DNA of 64,000 nucleotides from IMG/VR virus record IMGVR_UViG_3300046170_000323. One strand, given 5' to 3'. The notes under the pieces are model-generated. The model was not told the DNA's origin. It made no database searches and saw only the letters and a program-made list of their open reading frames with translations. Positions 57,810 through 64,000 of this stretch are shown in pieces; within the stretch, counting starts at the first letter, position 1, and each line of letters opens with the position of its first letter. Origin of the DNA: a virus (taxonomy: Duplodnaviria; Caudoviricetes). A program made the translations under genes and the position numbers.

Positions 57810-60800
57810 TTATTTATTCAAAATCAACTTTTTGAGTTCTGCGATCTCATTACGCAAAGAAGAGACTTCTTCCTTATATTTATTATCAACTTCTTTGACC
57901 GCTTCGATCAGTAGTGAAGTGATTCGTTCATAATCGACTGTGAGGTACTGTTGATCATGTACCGCAGCCAGTTCTCTTTGTTTATCAAACGTAAGTTTTT
58001 CGAACTCTTCTTTAGCCTCTTTCTTATCCCATTCTTTATCATCACGTTCCTCAAGGAACTCTTTATATGCAATACGTGCTTTCTGCATATTGTAATTGGC
58101 ATTGAAAGGTGCTTCGTTGACTACTTCTGGAAGTACTTCTTCAACCTCTTGTGCGATAACACCAACTTCGTGCATCTTAGTCGGGTGGAAGTCATACTCC
58201 TCTTTAATGTTTTCTACCCAGTCGTACTCAACACCACGAATCTTATGTAGTTTTTCGAGTGCTGCAGTGATAGGTGTTACGTTTTCTTTCAAACGTCCAT
58301 CAGATGCATATGCAACAATGTTACCAGTCGCAGAGACTGCACCGTTTGAACCAGACAACTGAACACGAGCGTCACCGTCTGCAGAAACATAGAAACCCCA
58401 ACCAGACTGACCAGACAAACTAAAGAATGGTGAGTTAGTATGTGCGTAACCATAACCGTAGTGGTTTGACAAACCTGTACCAGATGGACGGTAACTGTAA
58501 CCAATAGAGTAACCAGGCGATGGATATCTATCTGTGTTTAGACCACCAGAGTTAGAACCGTGACGACCAATGAAACCACCACGTGATTCTGCGTTGGTTG
58601 CACCAAAGTGAATACCACCGTTGAGTCTCATTGATGTATCAGACGCAGGGTTCACATAGTATGCAGTACTGTTCAGATCATAGAACAGAGGTGCACGTGA
58701 TGATCTCTCTGCACGCCAGTAACCTGAGTCTGCACGAGCCTCCCATCTACCATTATAGTATAGGTAGGTATAAGAGTTCTCATACATGTAAACTGCCCAC
58801 TCGTTGTTGGCATGTTTAAGTCCAAAGTGTTGACCATCATCATCCCAGTAGATACGTCCACAAGCGGTAGAGTTACTATCCCTAAAGATAAGTTCACCGT
58901 GGTCAGAGTTGTTGGAACGAAGACTGATAGTGTCAGCATCATCGTCATAGATGTCAAATCCATTGTCCCACGAAATGAAGTTCGCAGTGATGTTTGCGAG
59001 ACGAGAAGTCGACGCTGGATCTACATAGTAACTAGTGTTGTTTCTATCATAGAAGAGTGTCGCACGAAGGTCTGTGTTCCAAAGAGTTCTGTTGTTTGTA
59101 CCCAACATATAAGATGCAGTACGAGTTGTACGCTGAGTACCATAGTTAGTTGTACGGAAACCAACTGACCAACCAGAACCCCAGTTTGTAGAGAAACTAC
59201 TATAACCAGTGTGAACATCAACAACTTGAACCTGTGGATATACCCAGTTGTCACCTGTTGAACCAATACAAACCATATGACGAGCACCGTCATCACAGAA
59301 CCTTACGATATATGGGCCATCATCTGAATCACTGATTTGTGTTGCAGAAACGTTTGTCCAACGACCACTTGAATATGCATAACCACCAATTCTAAACTGA
59401 TGCATACGACCAGTATTGTATTCGTAGATATTAACAGTGAAGTGCAACATGGTGTTACCACCACGTCTGTTAGTTGGCAAGTAAATAGTACATGCACCAT
59501 TGACACTTGAAGATGAAGTAGTATATGTACCACCATCTGGTGCAAAGAATCGACGTTCCTGAGAGTCATAGGCGTTGTTAAGTCTATGATAGTTAGAACG
59601 TGAAGTTGAGGCACCGTTAAAGTAATAACCAGTGTTGTTTAGATCATAGAAGATTGGAGAACGTGAAGAACGTTCAACTCTGAACCAACCATTTTCTGTA
59701 CGTGTTTCCCAACGTCCATTATAGTACTGATAGAGGTGTGAGTTTCTATTTGCATACAACATCCACTCATTATCGACATCATTGTAAATACCAACCTGAC
59801 CACTATCTGCAGACATGAAGACGTATTCACCTCTGATCGAATAACCTTCGTAGTTATTACGTCCAGTGCCGTTAACCTGTACTGAACCATAATCGCCTGT
59901 TGGGAAGTCCATATACGAACTAGTACTATTATCATACGCATAATACAAACGGTTTGTACGCAGAGTATTGAAACGTGAAGTCGATGCAGGGTCTGCATAA
60001 TACCCAGTATTGTTTCTATCGTAGAAGATAGGCGAACGAATATCAGAAATGTGATCAAAGTAGTCTGTGTTTAGACGAGCATACTTTGTAGTCTGATACC
60101 ACCAACCCTGCATCTCTGAGTTGTCAGAAGAAGAAAGGTTTGAGTGAAGTTCTACACGACCTTGTAGTCGGATGTAGTCAGAAGATCCTGTACCATCGTT
60201 GTCAACACCGATAACCATTGCAGCGTTTTCACCAGTGTTATTAAAGTCTGGATCAAACGTGATGTAACCGTGGTCAGATGGTGCGTTAACACCAGAACGG
60301 AAGTAGATTGTTACAGGTGCATCGTTACCTGACCAGAATTCTGCGGCAACATTGTTTAGATAGTCAGTACCTGTAACGTCATAAGATGAGTGAGAACCTG
60401 CAGAGTCATTTTGACGTGCTTTAAAGAAGGCCTTACCGTTAAAGTTAACAGTATTGAATATAGATGTTGAAGCAGGGTCAGCGTAATAACCTGTGTTATT
60501 CAAGTCATAATAAATTGGTGCTCGCATTTGACGTTCTGCACGGAAGTATCCAGAATCTGTACGTGCTTCCCAACGACCATTGTAGTAGAAGTATGTGCGA
60601 CCATTACGTTCACCATACCACATCCACTCATTGTCAATATCGTTATAGATACCAACTTGGTTGTTATCTGCAGACATGAAGTTGTAACGGCCAGCAATGT
60701 TGTAACCTTCCCAACCATTCTTACCGCCACCGTTAACCTGTACCGAACCATAATCACTTGTTGGGTAATCTAGGTAATCGTCAGTACTACTATCATAACC

Positions 60801-63800
60801 TGTATACAGTCTGTTGGTACGTAGTGTGTTAAAACGTGAGGTTGACGCAGGGTCTGCATAGTAACCTGTGTTATTTCTGTCGTAGAAGATCGGTGCTCTA
60901 AATGAACCTGATGCGTAAGAGTTACCATCTGCCATTGCTTGGAAGTACCAACCTGCGATACTACCAGTGGCAGCACCGTGTTGACCAACATAGAAACCTG
61001 TTGATCCAGAACTGTTATTGTTATTTGAGTCTAGGTTGATAAACACATCATGATAGGAGTTGATACGAATATCATCAGTTACACCACCACCATTATCACG
61101 AGATGAAATACTGTGATATGTTGAATCGTCACCATAGAATGTGATGAAGTCACCACGATCAGCCATGTCGATTCTATCAACACGAACTGTACCTAGACGA
61201 GACGTACCATTCGGGTTAAGGTAATAACCTGAGTCATTTCTGTCATAGAAAATTTGTGCATAATGGTTTCTATTTGTAAGAACATCACCATCACCACGAA
61301 TGATCATATTCCACTGACCACCTAGACCACCGTCACGGAACGAGATATCTTCACCACCAGATGTGGCAATGATTAGGTGTGCATCATTTGTTTCAGTCGC
61401 CTGAATGTAACCACGCAAACTGCCTGAACTTGTGTAGAAGTGCGCTTGACCACCTGACCAGTATTCTGTCTCGTTAACACGGTTCACGTTCATACGTGAA
61501 GTGGACGCAAAGTCACCGTAGTATCCAGTGTTGTTCACATCATAGAAGATAGGAGCCCGCATAGATCCACGTGCTTCAGAGTAACCTGTGTAGATTACAA
61601 AACGTGAGTAACTGTCGTAAGTCCATCCGTTGACACCAACACCGTAGTGTGGGTTTTCTTGGTTATCAAAGTAACCAATCTGAATAGAGTTCGCCTGATA
61701 GTTTGCAGTACCAATGTTCCAACGACGAACGTTGTTCGAAGAGTTTAGTCTTGAACGGAACGATATAACACCACCGTGAGTCGTGTTTGTGCCCCAAGAA
61801 CTTAGAGTGAAGTGTGGGTACGCATTTTGTGCACCAATTTCAATCTGTGGTCTGTTAGTATCACGTGTCGTTTGTGGTACAGCGTTTGAACCAATTTTCA
61901 AATACGAATCACCAGAACTCAATCGCATATGAACCATACGTGAAGTCGATGCAGGATCTACATAGTAACTTGTGTTATTGTAGTCATAGAAGATTGGTGA
62001 ACGAGTACCTGCGGATTGTGGGAATTCAACTGCGTTGGTGTCACCAATAAAGCTGGCAAGAACTGTACCTTCATTGTACCATGCACTACCAAACGCAGTA
62101 CCACCTCTCCAACGAAGATCCATACGTCCTTGACCAGTATCATTTGCACCCCAAACAAAGTGTTGATCACCAGAAGAGTTGCCTGGCGCACTGTCACTAA
62201 ATTCAAGTGCAGGGTAACCTGCATTCATTATAGAACGAATACGTGCGTTTCCGTTTGACAAAGTTGGTGCAATGTCAATATTGGCAATACGTGATGTCGA
62301 AGCTGGATTCACATAATAGTTTGTGTTATCACGATCATAGAAGATCGAACCACGAACATCGTTTAGGATCGATGTCGATGCCGGATCAAGGTAGAAAGCT
62401 GTATTGTTATTGTCATAGTAACGATCTGCAGTTACGTCACCTGATACGATGATATCATCACCACGTAAACGTCCATGATAGTTTGAACGTTTCAACATGA
62501 TCCCTGCATATTGACGCAACGCACCGCCAGTGTTGTAGTTCATCAATACACGAATACGAACGTAATAACAGTTCGATGGGATTGTTGTGTATCCTCTATA
62601 TGTTTGCCAAGAGGTACTTGTTTGGTTTGAACCACTTACTACGAAGTAAGTTGTACCTGAGTTTGCTGCAATCGGTGATAAGTTTTGATCATAACGTTCA
62701 ATACCATAATAGACAGTACCACCAGAACCAGAGATACGACGAACAGACATTTCACCGTAAAGTTCTTCGCCTGGTTCAACAGGCATGTATGCAGTGTAAA
62801 AGTCACGATATGCAGAAGTTTGTAGAACGTAAGAACCTGCAAATGGGCCAGTAGTTGCACGAACAAATTCTGATGTACTCGTTGTTAAACTATTTTCGTT
62901 TGGTGCAAGTGGATTAATAACTCGTTTGTCAAAATATTCTGTAGCATCAAAGAGAACACTATCTGCCACACCAGAACCATATGCAGGTGAAAGGTTGAGG
63001 TTACCATTACCACCGTTGAGGTTGATCTCTGGTGCAGTTACAGATTTAGCTGCCTTGAAGTTACCTTGACTATCGAAATGGAATCTATCTGCAACACCAT
63101 TAAAGTGAATGATGAATGATGATCTATTTGTGCCATCATAACCATTCCAGTTATCATGCACAATCCAAGGATAGTCACTATTTGCACCACTGTAACGTAA
63201 ACCCAACAAGTATCTGTTGTTGTGATATGCAGACATTGCATAAGTGTTGTTTGCAATCGCACCTTGGTTACCAAACGACACACTGCTCATACGTGAATGA
63301 GATGCAAAGTCTCCGTAATAACCAGTATTATTTCTATCGTAGTAAATTGGTGCACGTGCCTGATTGAGCATGTCAAAGTGATTTGACTGTGTTTGTGCCT
63401 GAATCGTACCATTGTACATAATTTCTGCACGATTGTTCTGGAAGAACTTGATTGCCCATTCGTTGTTGGTGTCGTTGTAGATACCTGCTTCAGATGGCCC
63501 ATTCGCCATGAAGACCCAGTCGTCACGGATTGCATAACCCGCCCAACCATTCTTCGCACCTTCAACTCTGATCGAACCATAATCTCCTGTTGCAACATCA
63601 ATGTAATATGTTGAACCTTCTACTTGGTATCTATTTGCCCTCATCGTATTTGTAATAGATGTAGAAGCTGGATCTAAGTAGAATGCAGTATTATTTGAGT
63701 CATAATAGATTGGTGAATGCATTTGGTTATTCGCAAGGAAGTAACCGTTTTCTGTACGTGCTTGTTCTGTACCGTTGTACATGAAACGTAATGAGTTCTG

Positions 63801-64000
63801 TCTGTCAGCGTACAAGAACCATTGATCATCTACATCGTTGAAAAGACCAGTTCTATTTGCATTGTCATGCATGAATACAGAACGATCACCGATTGAGAAA
63901 CCTTCCCAACCACCACGTGCCTGTCCATCGATTGCAAATGAACCGTAAGTACCATTTGGTGATCTTAGAACCACACCATCATCAAGTTTGATGGTTGCCA
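57810..64000 (-). CDS. Very long modular tail fibre with C-terminal S74-type intramolecular chaperone (5' end outside window)
   Basis: Frame open to window edge; 13 RxPIFYDxNNTxYYxDPASTS repeats; ASDGRLKEN...GVIAQEV...VDYER chaperone motif. Confidence 0.9.
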   Translation of the reverse strand, partial: ATIKLDDGVVLRSPNGTYGSFAIDGQARGGWEGFSIGDRSVFMHDNANRTGLFNDVDDQWFLYADRQNSLRFMYNGTEQARTENGYFLANNQMHSPIYYDSNNTAFYLDPASTSITNTMRANRYQVEGSTYYIDVATGDYGSIRVEGAKNGWAGYAIRDDWVFMANGPSEAGIYNDTNNEWAIKFFQNNRAEIMYNGTIQAQTQSNHFDMLNQARAPIYYDRNNTGYYGDFASHSRMSSVSFGNQGAIANNTYAMSAYHNNRYLLGLRYSGANSDYPWIVHDNWNGYDGTNRSSFIIHFNGVADRFHFDSQGNFKAAKSVTAPEINLNGGNGNLNLSPAYGSGVADSVLFDATEYFDKRVINPLAPNENSLTTSTSEFVRATTGPFAGSYVLQTSAYRDFYTAYMPVEPGEELYGEMSVRRISGSGGTVYYGIERYDQNLSPIAANSGTTYFVVSGSNQTSTSWQTYRGYTTIPSNCYYVRIRVLMNYNTGGALRQYAGIMLKRSNYHGRLRGDDIIVSGDVTADRYYDNNNTAFYLDPASTSILNDVRGSIFYDRDNTNYYVNPASTSRIANIDIAPTLSNGNARIRSIMNAGYPALEFSDSAPGNSSGDQHFVWGANDTGQGRMDLRWRGGTAFGSAWYNEGTVLASFIGDTNAVEFPQSAGTRSPIFYDYNNTSYYVDPASTSRMVHMRLSSGDSYLKIGSNAVPQTTRDTNRPQIEIGAQNAYPHFTLSSWGTNTTHGGVISFRSRLNSSNNVRRWNIGTANYQANSIQIGYFDNQENPHYGVGVNGWTYDSYSRFVIYTGYSEARGSMRAPIFYDVNNTGYYGDFASTSRMNVNRVNETEYWSGGQAHFYTSSGSLRGYIQATETNDAHLIIATSGGEDISFRDGGLGGQWNMIIRGDGDVLTNRNHYAQIFYDRNDSGYYLNPNGTSRLGTVRVDRIDMADRGDFITFYGDDSTYHSISSRDNGGGVTDDIRINSYHDVFINLDSNNNNSSGSTGFYVGQHGAATGSIAGWYFQAMADGNSYASGSFRAPIFYDRNNTGYYADPASTSRFNTLRTNRLYTGYDSSTDDYLDYPTSDYGSVQVNGGGKNGWEGYNIAGRYNFMSADNNQVGIYNDIDNEWMWYGERNGRTYFYYNGRWEARTDSGYFRAERQMRAPIYYDLNNTGYYADPASTSIFNTVNFNGKAFFKARQNDSAGSHSSYDVTGTDYLNNVAAEFWSGNDAPVTIYFRSGVNAPSDHGYITFDPDFNNTGENAAMVIGVDNDGTGSSDYIRLQGRVELHSNLSSSDNSEMQGWWYQTTKYARLNTDYFDHISDIRSPIFYDRNNTGYYADPASTSRFNTLRTNRLYYAYDNSTSSYMDFPTGDYGSVQVNGTGRNNYEGYSIRGEYVFMSADSGQVGIYNDVDNEWMLYANRNSHLYQYYNGRWETRTENGWFRVERSSRSPIFYDLNNTGYYFNGASTSRSNYHRLNNAYDSQERRFFAPDGGTYTTSSSSVNGACTIYLPTNRRGGNTMLHFTVNIYEYNTGRMHQFRIGGYAYSSGRWTNVSATQISDSDDGPYIVRFCDDGARHMVCIGSTGDNWVYPQVQVVDVHTGYSSFSTNWGSGWSVGFRTTNYGTQRTTRTASYMLGTNNRTLWNTDLRATLFYDRNNTSYYVDPASTSRLANITANFISWDNGFDIYDDDADTISLRSNNSDHGELIFRDSNSTACGRIYWDDDGQHFGLKHANNEWAVYMYENSYTYLYYNGRWEARADSGYWRAERSSRAPLFYDLNSTAYYVNPASDTSMRLNGGIHFGATNAESRGGFIGRHGSNSGGLNTDRYPSPGYSIGYSYRPSGTGLSNHYGYGYAHTNSPFFSLSGQSGWGFYVSADGDARVQLSGSNGAVSATGNIVAYASDGRLKENVTPITAALEKLHKIRGVEYDWVENIKEEYDFHPTKMHEVGVIAQEVEEVLPEVVNEAPFNANYNMQKARIAYKEFLEERDDKEWDKKEAKEEFEKLTFDKQRELAAVHDQQYLTVDYERITSLLIEAVKEVDNKYKEEVSSLRNEIAELKKLILNK
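58640..63720 (-). repeat. 13 dispersed ~22-aa linker repeats in the tail fibre
   Basis: Counted in translation: [RM]xPI[FY]YDxNNTxYYxDPASTS variants. Confidence 0.9.

Noticed and set aside
57810-64000. CRISPR array, DGR or shufflon in the tail fibre
   Set aside because: The repeats are coding linkers; no cas, reverse transcriptase, template repeat or invertase was seen in the window
1-64000. tRNA, rRNA, introns or inteins
   Set aside because: No cloverleaf with a T-loop was spotted by eye, and nrdB, gp17, gp20 and gp23 have ordinary lengths; tRNAscan-SE or Infernal would be needed to exclude them formally

Overview
This window is 64 kb of a large T4-like myovirus genome. The host is probably a marine alphaproteobacterium, as suggested by 5-aminolevulinate synthase, GapR/DUF2312, pseudoazurin and a CtaH-like peptide. 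Layout from left to right: (1) ~1-15.6 kb, + strand: nucleotide and auxiliary metabolism (nrdA C-terminus, nrdB, glutaredoxins, ALAS, QueC-like, PhoH, phosphomannomutase, RuvC-like, dNMP kinase, two glycosyltransferases, RNase H). (2) 15.6-21.9 kb: PAAR protein and a ~1750-aa fibre. (3) 21.9-28.9 kb: early/middle genes. (4) 28.9-33.7 kb, - strand: an operon of secreted and membrane proteins behind a T4 late promoter. This is the best candidate for an undescribed system. It encodes a pilin-like and a chaperone-like protein, two proteins with Cys-bracketed beta-hairpins, a lipase and a TM coiled-coil protein, with no usher or CsgG recognised. (5) 33.8-40.7 kb: small early genes behind repeated sigma70 promoters, ending in a pseudoazurin/DoxX/CtaH-like cluster. 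(6) 40.8-64 kb, - strand: the T4 virion block (gp23, 22, 21, core, 20, 19, 18, 17, 16, 15, 14, 13), an inserted sugar-enzyme module and a >2050-aa modular tail fibre. At least 15 genes carry +1 homopolymer insertions that look like sequencing errors; coordinates below are for the repaired genes where stated. No tRNA, rRNA, CRISPR array, intein or intron was recognised. All family assignments come from motif recognition by eye, not from database searches.
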